From: an uncultured cyanobacterium
Lineage (GTDB): Bacteria > Cyanobacteriota > Cyanobacteriia > PCC-9006 > JAAUQQ01
Reading direction: 5' to 3'
NCBI GenBank assembly: GCA_963718615.1
Contig: OY970368.1
Coordinates: 1,056,001-1,120,000 of the forward strand
Length of the DNA: 64,000 nucleotides
Below the pieces are notes generated by a model. That model ran no database searches and was not told the origin of the DNA. It worked only from the letters and a program-made list of their open reading frames with translations. Positions 27,733 to 38,289 of the stretch are shown piece by piece. The first letter of the stretch is position 1. Every line of letters begins with the position of its first letter. The position numbers and the translations under genes were made by a program.

Positions 27733-28446
27733 ATGAACAGAAGGAAGCTTATTAGAATTGGCACATTAGGATCAATCTCTTGTGCAACAGGAATTAATCT
27801 CTATAATCCTCAATCTGTGCAAGCTTTTGGACCACTATTTTCATTGTTTCTAAGAGTAGGACTCTCTTATGCGATTGAAAATGCCACTCACTTAGGTTTA
27901 CAGGGGATGTTAGGTATTTACTATAAAGAAATGCGGAGAAGAGTACAGGAATGGTATGATCGACGCCTAGATGCCCAGTTAGCTCAGCGAGCATTAATTG
28001 AGCAAGATTTTACTGATATCAGGGCAGTAGGAATTCCTAATACATCTTATAAGCATATTTTGATCGGAACCAAACAAGAAGCCTCAGGCTATTACAGTCC
28101 AGCTATAGTTTTGCCACGACTAACAGGACAAGGTAATGACCTAGTAGCTTTTTCAGGGCCAGCAGCAATCGGAATCAGTTATGCAGCTAATTATCTCAGC
28201 AAAACTACTCATATGTCCCTGAAGCAGATTCAATCAGCATTGCTTCCAACTCGACGTCATCTCGATGAATGGCATTCTTGGGAGCAAGATTTTGCGCCTA
28301 TTAGTTATGAGACAGCTACATCCTCAAATGGTGTAACGATTCAATATCGTAGGTCTGGAAAGCACCTGAATGGAAGTGCGGAAATTTTGGTCGGTATCGA
28401 TGTTGGGCACAGACTTAGTTTTTCCGTTGAAGTTCAGTTCGGCTAA
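27733..28446 (+). CDS. Hypothetical exported protein with twin-arginine-like leader
   Basis: MNRRKLIRIGTLGSISCATG...SVQA; no recognisable domain. Confidence 0.6.
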   Translation: MNRRKLIRIGTLGSISCATGINLYNPQSVQAFGPLFSLFLRVGLSYAIENATHLGLQGMLGIYYKEMRRRVQEWYDRRLDAQLAQRALIEQDFTDIRAVGIPNTSYKHILIGTKQEASGYYSPAIVLPRLTGQGNDLVAFSGPAAIGISYAANYLSKTTHMSLKQIQSALLPTRRHLDEWHSWEQDFAPISYETATSSNGVTIQYRRSGKHLNGSAEILVGIDVGHRLSFSVEVQFG

Positions 28447-28532
28447 TCTAGCTTAGGAATTAGTCATCAGAGATGAGAATACTGGACAGTGGGAAGTTTT
28501 ACAGTTGCTAGAGCATTAGATAAGAGAAAGGG

Positions 28533-30305
28533 GGTAGTGCATTTATGTAAAGGATAAAGAGAAATAGGGTAAACCTACTATCGAAAGAAGGATAAAGGAA
28601 AACAAAGCGTAGCTGCTGTAGTCGGTAAGGATAGAAGACAACCCGGCATAGCTGTTGTAGCAGAAAGGAAAAGATGACCCTAGAACTCACTTGCCCGACC
28701 TGTGGCTCCCACGACATTTCCAAGAATGGAATAACGCGCCGAGGTAAACAGAACTACAAATGCCGAGACTGCAACCGACAGTTTGTCGAATACCCCCAGT
28801 GGAAGCCGAAAGACAAAGACACCCAGAGTTTGGTAGACCTGCTGTTGCTAGAGAAAATGCCCCTGGCAGGGATTGCTAGAGCAATAGACCTGTAGGGAAA
28901 TAAGAGATAATAGTCGGTAGTTGCACGCTGCTCTAGCCATGCTGAACTTAGACCGAATTCTCCGGGATGACCGCCTGTTGCGGGCAATGACAGGACTCAA
29001 TCGCCAAGCATTTGAGAAACTTCTGCCCAGTTTTAGAGAGGCGTATCAGCAGAGTCAGGTGAAACCTGGGGTAGAGCGAAAACGCGCTCCCGGAGGGGGA
29101 CGAAAAGCGACCCTACGAACAAACCGTGACAAGTTGTTTTACATTTTGTTGTACTGCAAATGCTATCCCACCTTCGACTTACTGAGTGTGTTGTTTGACT
29201 TTGACCGTTCCTGTGCATGGGATTGGGTACATGGTCTGCTCCCAGTTTTGGAACAGGCTTTAGGGCTCAAGCAGGTGCTACCGGAGCGCAAGGTACGGAG
29301 CATAGAGGAATTTCTAGAACGCTTTCCAGAGGTGAAAGAAGTGATTTTCGATGGGACGGAGCGACCCGTGCAGCGTCCTCAAGACTCGAGCAAACAAAAA
29401 GAACATTACTCAGGCAAAAAGAAACGGCATACCCGTAAGCACATCACAGGCAGTACGCGAAAAAAGCGAGTGATCCTCCTGACGAAGGCGAGACCTGGAA
29501 AAATTCATGACAAACGACAGTTGGACGAAGAAGACTTGGTGGGCAACATTCCCGATGAAGTTGCTATAGAAGGAGACTTAGGATTTCAAGGATTACAGAA
29601 TGAGTTTGAGAACGTTCATTTGCCGCACAAGAAACCCAAGGGCAAGGAATTAAGCGAACAACAGAAGCAGGAAAACCGAGAGTTCAGTCGGCAACGAGTC
29701 GTGTGTGAACATGCCCATGCAGGCATCAAGCGTTATCGTTCGGTCACAGATGTTTATCGCAATCGTGTGCCTGATTTTGATGACCGCTTAATGCTTAATG
29801 CTGCGGGTTTATGGAACTGGTATTTGGATGCAGCATAAATTGGGCAGAAACATTGGCAAACCTTGTCCTAAAGCGAGTTTTATTGCCCAACAACTCTAAT
29901 AGGTGTTTCAAGCAGTTGGCTGCAAGATTACGTCAATGCATACTATGAAGCGGTGCCTCAAGAGGTAGAAGTACTGCCCAAAGCGAAAGGGAAGCTGAGA
30001 GTGCAGATGGATGAGCTGTGGTCATTTGTAGACCATAAGGGCAACAAGCAATGGGTCTGGCTCGCGCTGGATGCCGACACCCGAGAGGTGATTGGTTGTC
30101 ACATCGGCGATCCTTCGGAGCTTGGCGAAGCCAATCGTTCCCGAGAATCAGCCAGGGCGTTGTGGGCATCATTACCGTCGGTGTATCGGCAATGTGCCAC
30201 GGTCTATACCGATTTTGGGGAAGCTTACGAGACCGTTATTCCAGCAAAGCGTCATCGTGCGGTCGGCAAAGAGTGTGGTTTGACCAGCTACATAGAAAGG
30301 TTCAA
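28533..30305 (+). mobile_element. IS1-family element, interrupted by an IS5-family element and 3'-truncated
   Basis: Left end GGTAGTG; InsA zinc finger CPTCGS...YKCRDC (from 28674); the frame continues across the insertion (GIARAI|GVSSSWLQDYVN) into the InsB motifs MDELWSFV, VYTD, YIERFN. Confidence 0.85.
28886..29897 (+). mobile_element. IS5-family (ISL2-like, DDE_Tnp_4-type) insertion sequence, intact; transposase about 28939-29838
   Basis: IRs AGACCTGTAGGGAAATAA / TTATTGCCCAACAACTCT; 3-bp target duplication AAT; DGTE, YSGKKKRHT, DLGFQG, CEHA motifs. Confidence 0.88.
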
Positions 30306-32597
30306 TCCGCCCAGCGATTTCATGAGCTTTGAGCTGACGCCACTCAGTTTCAATCAGATTCATCTCGGAGCAATAAGGAGACAGAAAGAAGACAATCAGC
30401 CCCTTCTCCTGCCATTCTGGCCACCGCTTTCGAACGGCCTTACTTTTGTAAGATGAACCATTGAAGTGAACCCCTTCCTTTGGACAGAAAGATCTGGCCT
30501 AAGCGAGAGTTATTTTACTTTTATCACACTTCTGCATTCTGTTGCCCGCGCATCCACTTTTCTTCAAATTCAGCCGGTGTCAAATAGCTCAATGACGAGT
30601 GGATTCTTTTCTTCATATACACTTCCTCTAGAAACTCTTCTATTCGCTCATAGACCTCACTAAAGTTTCGGTATTCTGATAGGTCTACTTCTTCTTCTTT
30701 GATCGTCCTCATTAATCTTTCCGCATATCCATTCTCCCAGGCTTTCCCGACTGCTGCCATACTAATCTTAACGTTGTGTTCTTCCAACATTTTTACATAG
30801 TCATTCGCTGCATATTGCACCCCTTGATCTGAATGATGTATCTCGGGAATTGCTTTCATCAATCCCTTCTCCAGTGCTGTTATCGTCAAGCTCTTCTCCA
30901 TTGTCTTATCCAGGTGCCATCCTCGTATACTGCGGGTGAATACATCCATCACCACTGCCAGATAGACAAACTCCTCCTTCAAGCGGATATAGGTGATGTC
31001 CGCCACCCACACCTGCTCAGGACGCATTACCAACAGCCCTTTCTCCAGATTTGGATAACGCCGATAGCCATGCACACTGTTCGTCGTTCGCTTCCGCCTC
31101 ACCCGCTTTTGAGCTAGTAGACCTAACTGCCTCATCAGACGACTCACTCGCTTATGGTTGACACTCCATCCTTCTCGCTGAAGTTGTTTCGTTATCCGTC
31201 TGTAACCGTAAGTCGGATATCTTCCTGCAACTTCGATAATCGCTACTCTGAGCTTTTCGTCTTCATCTTCTTTCTCTGAATTCGGCTTGTAGTAATATCG
31301 GCTTCGACTGTATCCAATCACATCGCAAATAATTTGAATGGGATAGTCTTCCTTAAGCTCCTCTATCATTTTCCGTTTCCGCTCAGGTTCCACACATCCG
31401 AAGCTTTTTTTGACACTTCCAGCTCCATTGTCAATCGACCTATCATTCTTTCTAATTCGCTTATTCTCTCTGAGGCTTCGTCATTTGATTCTTTCCCTTC
31501 AAATGCTCGATGGGCCTGCTTGAGAAATTCATTCTTCCACCGGCATAGCACTGATAGATGGACCTTATGAGCTCGACTTGCCTCCGTCGGCGACCGCTGG
31601 CCGCTGACCATTTCCAGTACCACCTTGGCCTTGAACTCGCTGCTGTAATTTCTCTGTCTTTTTGCCATGACCCTTTTGCCTCCTGGACTTTAGCTTACTC
31701 TCTCTCGCTTCTGTTCAGGTTTTGGGGGTCACTTCACATTGTCTTGAACCACGACAGTGAATCGTCCAGTCTCAGCCAAGGTCACTTCCGCTTTCTGGAC
31801 CACCGATTCCATGAATTTGAGATACCGCTGTTCATTGAAACTCCCGACAGCTAAGGCATAATCAAAGCTCTGACCCGGTTCAGATAGGCCGATGATGCTC
31901 AATCGCCTGCCTCGTCGGTCGGTCTGCTCTTGATACTTCTGTTGGCCTACTCGGATGTAGCTGTAGCTCACCGGGCTCCACAGGCAAAATCCAGATTCAT
32001 CGAGATACTTGAGGTCAATTTGTCCCTCGTCCGCTGCTCGATTGAGCAACGCTAAATCGGCTTGTTTGAGTTCCTTCTGCTCCGGGTCTTGCTTGCCTCG
32101 GTGCGATTGCCTCGTTCGTTTCCAGTTGACGCCCTTTTTTTTAGCACCCGTCTCAAACGGTCGCTGCTAAGCTGAACCTGACACCCTTGCTCTAACAACC
32201 TTGAGAGCTGAACGCTCGTGTAGGTTCTCTCTTCTTTCTCTAAGCAGGTCTCCAGGTACACTAAGTCCGCTTCACTCCATTTGGGCTTGACACTCCCCTA
32301 CTCGGAGCATCCCACAGGCCCATCAATCCTGCACTTTGCCAGCACTTTATCGTTTGTCTCACCGTGTTGGGATGGCAGCCAAAACATTCAGCTATTTTCG
32401 CCACTCGCCATCCCTGCCCATTCAGCAGCAGCATGTGGGCACGATCCTTCGTCCGCTGAAGCACCTTGGGAGCTACACGTAGCTCCTCCAGCATGGTTTG
32501 TTCTGGCTCACTCAAGCTAATTCGTAGAGGGGCTCCCATCGCTCTGCCTCAATCTTCAACTCCTCTCCTGATTCTCTCACTCTTATTTCCACCTACT
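30306..32597 (-). mobile_element. IS630-family element, degenerate: split by an IS3-family element and 3'-truncated
   Basis: Left end TA|AGTAGGTGGAAATAAG; HTH ORF from 32539; extra frameshift near 32295; A8 slip site 32135-32142; LDESGF, VVQDN|GS, PYCSEMNLIE motifs. Confidence 0.85.
30462..31736 (-). mobile_element. IS3-family insertion sequence, intact (orfA 31366-31668, orfB 30524-31393)
   Basis: TG..CA ends TGAAGTGAACCCC/GGGGGTCACTTCA; target duplication CAT; A7G slippery site 31404-31411; WVADITY, HHSDQGVQY, ENGYAER. Confidence 0.92.
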
Positions 32598-32651
32598 TAC
32601 CCGCGTCTGCTGCCGACCCATGCTGTCATTTCGGGGCCGGGAATGAATGTC

Positions 32652-35266
32652 TGTTAGACGACAATAGCATTGGCGGCTGCTCGACATTTCCTGGCGGGAG
32701 TTGTCGCGAAAGCGTGGCTTGGATCGTGAGACAGACGTGAGACTTTGACAGCTCACTGGCGTGGCGATCGACAAAAAAAGACACTCATAGGGTCCCCCTG
32801 GAAAGAAAGGACTCTAACGAGTGTCGAGAGTAATAATGTATCAACAGCGAGTGTACATGAATGCAAAGGAGCATGGCCTGTCGCAGCAAGATGCGGCAGC
32901 GGTGGCGGAATTTTCGGTGCGAACCGCGCAACGAATGGATGCCAACGAGTGGCAGCAGGGGAGTGGAGAGGGCACCGGGGTGCGGACCCGGCCAGATCCA
33001 CTCAACGGTCTTTGGGAAGCCGAACTAGAGGCGATGCTGCGAGCTGAGCCAAGACTGAAACCGACGACGTTATTTGAGCATTTGCAGGACAAATATCCGG
33101 GTCAATATCCGCAAGTGCTCAGGACGCTTCAGCGGCGAGTGAGAACCTGGAAAGCACTGTATGGTCCAGCTCCCGAGGTGATGTTTGAGCTGCGTCACGA
33201 GCCGGGGGTGCAAGGATTTTCCGACTTCACCGAACTCAAAGGGACGGTGGTGACGATAAATGGAAAGCCCTATGAGCACTTGATTTATCACTACCGCTTG
33301 GGCTACAGCGGCTGGTCCTACGCGGAGTTAATCGAGGGGGGTGAAAGCTTTGTCGCCCTATCCGAAGGATTGCAGAATGCCCTGTTTGCCTGCGGCGGGG
33401 CTCCAAAGCAGCATCGCACCGATAGCCTGAGTGCGGCCTATCGAAATCTGGGTGGGAAGAAGAACCAAACCGCTGACGCGCTTGTATGACGACCTGTGTG
33501 AGCACTATCGGTTGCAACCGACGCGAAACAACCGGGGAATCGCCCACGAGAACGGTTCTATTGAAGGCCCCCACGGTCATCTGAAGAACCGCATTGTCCA
33601 AGCGATGTACCTGCGCGGCAGCACCGACTTCGCTAGCGTCAGCGACTATCAAGACCTGCTCAATGACTGTGTGGCCAAGCTCAATGCCCAGCATCAGGAT
33701 AAGTATGAGCATGAGAAAGCGCATCTCCAGGCGTTGCCCAAATACCGGGCTGCGGACTACGAACTCCTCACCGCCAAGGTGAGCAGCAACAGCACGATTG
33801 ATATCCGCTGCATGCTCTACAGCGTGCCGTCTCGCTTAATTGGCCGGTCCCTGGAAGTGCATCTGCACCACAACCGCCTGATGGGCTACCTCGAAGGCCA
33901 TGAAGTGTTCAGGTTGAAACGGATTCGTTCTACTGACAAGGACAAGCGGCGCGCCCGCTCGGTGGACTATCACCATGTCATCGAAGGGTTGCGCAAAAAG
34001 CCCTTGGCCTTCCTCCACAGCACCTGGCGAGAGGACCTCCTGCCCAATGAGCGCTATCACCAACTCTGGAAACAGCTCCAGGCTGGCTTTGAGCTTGATT
34101 CTGCCGCCGTGCTCATGGTCGAAGCCCTCTATATTGCGGCGACCCAAAACAAGGAAGCGGCGGTCGCTGACTACCTCTTCCCAGAGATTGAGGCCAAAAC
34201 CCTCACCCTCTCAAGGCTCAGACTCCATTTTCAGTTGCTCACCAAACTCGAATTCCCCACCGTGAATGTCCAACAACATGACCTCAACGACTACGATGCC
34301 CTTCTGTTCACCCACAGCAGCGTCATCCCAGATGCAGAACCAGAGCTCGTCTCAACCGGAGCTGAGCCCTTACCAAAGCCTCAGCGCTCAGCTCAAGCAC
34401 CTGCGCTTATCCCATATGCTCAACCACTGGGAGACCTTGGAGCAGCAAGCCATGCGAGAGACCTGGTCCTACGCGCAATTTCTCTTGGCCCTGTGCCAAC
34501 TCGAAACAGACCGCCGCAAGGCTTTGCGCCTCCAAAGAGCCATCACCGAAGCTCAACTGCCCAACGCCAAAACGGTTTCCAATTTCGATTGGACACACCT
34601 GCCCCTGGTTAACCCTCTCCCGATTCAAAAACTCGCCACTGAACCCCAGTGGATTGATGACGCCCAAAACTGTCTCTTCTTCGGACCTTCTGGGGTCGGC
34701 AAAACCCATCTGGCCGCTGGCATCGCTCGTGCCGCCCTGGAAGCGGGCAAGCGCGTCAAATTCTTCTGTGCCACCACCCTGGTGCAGTATCTCCAAAAAG
34801 AAAAGCTTCATCTCCAGCTTCAGCCTGCCCTGAAAAAGCTCGACCGCTTTGACCTCGTGATCATTGATGACCTCGGCTATGTCCAAAAATCCGAGGCAGA
34901 AACCTCCGTTCTCTTTGAACTCATTGCCTATCGCTATGAGCGCAAAAGCATCATGGTCACTGCCAATCAGCCGTTCAGTGAGTGGAACTCCATCTTTGGT
35001 GATTCCATGATGACCGTCGCCGCCGTTGACCGCCTCATTCACCATGCGGTCATTCTCGAAATCAAGGCGGACAGTTTTCGTAAACGCTCCGCTCACCAGC
35101 GCTCTGAGAACTTGAAGGCACTCCCGGCAAAATCCTCTGAATCTGACTCCCAAACATCGACACACCAGAAGCGATCTTAGATTGTCGTCTTGACCTGAGA
35201 TTGCCGCTTCTCATTTCCTTTTGCCAATTCAGTGGGCTCCCCGCCTTCTAATTGTCGCGACAGGCA
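32652..35266 (+). mobile_element. IS21-family element: istA (about 32836-34612, +1 G frameshift near 33455) and istB (34332-35180)
   Basis: TG...CA ends flanked by the 6-bp duplication AATGTC; SDFTEL, HRTDSL, HENGSIEG in IstA; GPSGVGKTH, IIDDLGY, VDRLIHHA in IstB. Confidence 0.9.
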
Positions 35267-35285
35267 AATGTCTTGACACTTGATA

Positions 35286-35460
35286 AATGTCATTCAATGC
35301 CGAAGCAACCATCATTCTAGTGCCGAACTTTAGTGCAAATCCATTACCGCAGTACACCTTCATTCCGGTGCCGAAGTTGCTGTCATTTTGCAGTGCCCCT
35401 GATCCCGAACCCGCGACGGCTTTAAAGCGTCAAGCCAAACAATCATTTCAGCGTGAATTC
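35286..35460 (+). repeat. Degenerate direct repeats TCATT(N2-4)TGCCGAA, continuing 32624-32641 across the IS21
   Basis: TCATTCAATGCCGAAG, TCATTCTAGTGCCGAAC, TCATTCCGGTGCCGAAG, TGTCATTTTGCAGTGCC; TGTCATTTCGGGGCCGG at 32624. Confidence 0.55.
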
Positions 35461-35927
35461 ACTGTCCTCAAACACATTCCAGCTTCCTAGTTTTGTCAGT
35501 CAAGCAGGCTTTATATCTTAATGCTGACTATATTGACTTAATCGCTCCTTGAGATCGGAGTTATGCTTGCACGAAAGGATAGAGATGTCAATATTCATTT
35601 TTTACTTTTTTATGTAATAAAAGCCAACTTTAAAGCCTTGGAATGATTGGGAGTAATTGGTGGATTCTAATAATTCTCGGGAAATCTATTTTACATAGTC
35701 TTGCAAACATTTGATTTATCGTGGTGGCATTAAACGATTTGACAAATAACGTTTCTTCAGCGTTATTTAAGAAAAGTCACATGGTATACCCAGTCATTCT
35801 TCTTTTTGAGTGAGCTGAGTTAATTGCCGCATGCCTTCACCTCGATAGTTGTATGTTGTTTGACTTAGGTCAAAGCGATTAATCTATTGTTTTGGCCGAT
35901 AAACTACTCGTCTAACAGGTTTTATCA

Positions 35928-36299
35928 ATGAAAATCAAGAATATCCTGCCCACATTCGCTTTGCTCGGTATGGTTTTGACCACCGTTTCTGTTCAATCTG
36001 CTACAGCAAGGGAATTGCTCCCTGACGTTGAAATTGCTGAGGATATGACTTTTGTGATTGATACAAAGGCATATGAATCTCCTAGAAATCGAAAGCCTCG
36101 GTTCATCATTAACCCTGACAGTACCAATGAATACAAGTTTGTTAAACGTCTAGCTTCTAAGACCTATGAAGGTGAAGATTTAGGTATTAGCAGTGAAGGA
36201 CGTCGTTTAGGAAAGCAGCTCTACTGGCTCGCTGAAGTCGTGGAATTATCTACAGGAAAGACTAAGGTTGTTGCGGTTCCGTTGGAGTTTCGGCGTTAA
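35928..36299 (+). CDS. Hypothetical secreted protein
   Basis: Sec signal MKIKNILPTFALLGMVLTTVSVQSATA; followed by a hairpin. Confidence 0.7.
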   Translation: MKIKNILPTFALLGMVLTTVSVQSATARELLPDVEIAEDMTFVIDTKAYESPRNRKPRFIINPDSTNEYKFVKRLASKTYEGEDLGISSEGRRLGKQLYWLAEVVELSTGKTKVVAVPLEFRR

Positions 36300-36309
36300 T
36301 TGAGCCTAG

Positions 36310-36347
36310 TCTTGACGGAAGCAGTATCGCAGATGTTTCCGTCAAGA
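36310..36347 (+). terminator. Hairpin downstream of the secreted-protein gene
   Basis: TCTTGACGGAA ... TTCCGTCAAGA 11-bp stem. Confidence 0.55.
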
Positions 36348-36687
36348 ATTGATTTTGAGTATATATTGGGCAACTGACCAAACACTTCTCAATATTGCGT
36401 TTCATGGATTTGAGTGGTATCTGAGTCTAGAACGCTGACCCCAATTCTTTTCTCAAACCCTCAATTCCAACGCTGATATCGGTTTGCACGCATACAGCAC
36501 CAGGATTGGTAGTCCTATTTCTTAAAGGCTAAAGAAAAATAGTCGTTTTCAGAAGGCTTGCTGGATAAAGCTTTCAGGATTTGAATTTTTCTCTTACCTT
36601 TACATAAGGTCACTACCCCAGGATTTTCCTGTCAATGGGCTGCGTCTCTCTTCTCGTTTATATCCATCTTATTTTCTTAACATAGTC

Positions 36688-37257
36688 ATGCTTAGGTCTA
36701 CCCAATTCGTTAGTGTTCTTGGTTTTCTGTTACTATCTCTGCTGTGTGGGTTTGCTGAAACTGCACAGGCCGAAATATTTACTCGAAAGGAGCATGAATT
36801 TGGATGGCAGTTGCCTTGGCAAGCAGACGTCACTGGAGAGATAATTCAAACATGGCATTCTATCAAGAATAGAAATCGCAGTTTTCATGCCATTGATATC
36901 GGCGTACCTGCTGGGACTCCTATCTTAGCGCCTATCGATTCTACTGTTAAATATTTTTGTATCGCAAAAGGTACTAAGAGCCATCACGCAATTATTCTTC
37001 AAGCGTCAGATGGTCAATACTATAACTTAATTCATGTTAGTACATCTGGATTGCGCAAGGGGAAATCTTTTCGACAAGGTGAGAAGATTGGTGTTGTTGC
37101 GTCAGATTTACCAAATGACAAAAAATGCGCATTTTCCTATGGAATTCACTTGCATCTTGGACTACCTAGCAAAAACTTCAGCATCGGTGGTTATCAGTTA
37201 ACACCATTAACTCCGCGAGGTACCACTTTGAAATCAAATAATCGATGGATCAGATAA
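36688..37257 (+). CDS. Secreted M23-family metallopeptidase
   Basis: Signal peptide; HAIDIG (HxxxD), GTPILAP, QGEKIG, HLH. Confidence 0.85.
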   Translation: MLRSTQFVSVLGFLLLSLLCGFAETAQAEIFTRKEHEFGWQLPWQADVTGEIIQTWHSIKNRNRSFHAIDIGVPAGTPILAPIDSTVKYFCIAKGTKSHHAIILQASDGQYYNLIHVSTSGLRKGKSFRQGEKIGVVASDLPNDKKCAFSYGIHLHLGLPSKNFSIGGYQLTPLTPRGTTLKSNNRWIR

Positions 37258-37293
37258 TCTTGTGAGTGAAGTACGCTAGATAGGCGGCGATCG

Positions 37294-37728
37294 CTCGGCG
37301 TTGTCGCCCAACGTTTAGTCCGTCGCATTTGCCCCCACTGTGCCGAACCCTATACTCCCAGCCTAAAAGAGACAAAGCTTTTGGGGCTGACACTGGAGGA
37401 AGCCATGGAGCAAAACTGGCAAAAAGGCCGAGGCTGCGCCAACTGTTTCAACTCCGGTTATCTCGGACGCGAAGCCGTGATGGAAGTCTTGCACGTGGAT
37501 GACACCATTCGCCAAATCATCTACGAAGGCTCAATCACCGATTTGCGTCACTATTTGCAAGAAAGCGACTTTGCTTCATTCCAAACCGCCGCCATTGACA
37601 AAATTAATCGGGGTCTGACGACCCTCGAAGAAGTCAAACGGGTTTTGCCCATGAGCGCGTTGCGGCCTCGGTTTAGCCCCACAGAGACGATCGCCAACGC
37701 GATCGCCCCCATCCACACCAAAGCTTAA
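37294..37728 (+). pseudogene. pilB: 3' fragment of a PilB/GspE-type assembly ATPase
   Basis: LGVVAQRLVRRICPHC...GRGCANCFNSGYLGREAVME...GLTTLEEVKRV; no Walker A region; in-frame stop at 37267. Confidence 0.85.
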
Positions 37729-37858
37729 GAAATCCGTAATTTCCCCAGAGGGTTTTGTCCCCCTGCGACCTTGACCCACCTCACCCCCTGGGCGATCGCC
37801 TCAAAACCCGCGATAGTCAAAACAACTGAATCGCCTAGATATCGCAAGGAGAACCTCG

Positions 37859-38122
37859 ATGGCACTCGATCGCCTCGCCCCCCAGGAAATTCAAGCCGCC
37901 ATGGATGCGATCGCCCGCATTATCCCGGTTTTAGACACCCCCGACTGTCTCAAAATCGTTCAATGGGCCACCCAGCGCGCCACCCAGATTGAATCGACCG
38001 TTGTGGAATTTCGCCCCATGAATGACCTTTCGTTCAATTTTGGAGACGAAGACGATTTTTTTCTCCCTCCCATGCTCCAGCTCGTCAGCGAACCCCCGGA
38101 CGATCTGCCGATCGCCATTTAA
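37859..38122 (+). CDS. Hypothetical protein
   Basis: AAGGAG RBS upstream; host-like composition. Confidence 0.5.
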   Translation: MALDRLAPQEIQAAMDAIARIIPVLDTPDCLKIVQWATQRATQIESTVVEFRPMNDLSFNFGDEDDFFLPPMLQLVSEPPDDLPIAI

Positions 38123-38150
38123 AGGCCCATTTAAAGGCCCATTTAAAGGC
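38115..38150. repeat. 12-bp tandem repeat x3
   Basis: CCATTTAAAGGC repeated three times over a stop codon. Confidence 0.9.
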
Positions 38151-38226
38151 AATGGATTCCAACCCTAGCAATCCCTTCAATCTTGATATCCAATCTTGAT
38201 ATTTCCAATTTCTTAGCCCAGCAGTA

Positions 38227-38249
38227 AGGCCCGTCTATGGGACGGGCCT
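38227..38249. terminator. Hairpin between convergent genes
   Basis: AGGCCCGTC-TATGG-GACGGGCCT. Confidence 0.6.
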
Positions 38250-38289
38250 ATTGGTCAGGAACTAATTGGCAAATTGTGGGGATAGAAAG

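Noticed and set aside
25870-28446. Integron cassette array with attC sites
   Set aside because: No integrase; the palindromes flank only one gene, in inverted orientation, with TIR rather than RYYYAAC/GTTRRRY ends
34332-34612. Long istA tail overlapping istB as a novel dual-coding region
   Set aside because: Most simply read-through into the istB region; istA/istB overlap is normal for IS21
35286-35460. CRISPR array
   Set aside because: Repeats are short, degenerate and irregularly spaced; no cas genes or regular repeat-spacer pattern anywhere in the window
35287-35490. 67-aa ORF
   Set aside because: Coincides with the degenerate repeat tract; likely non-coding
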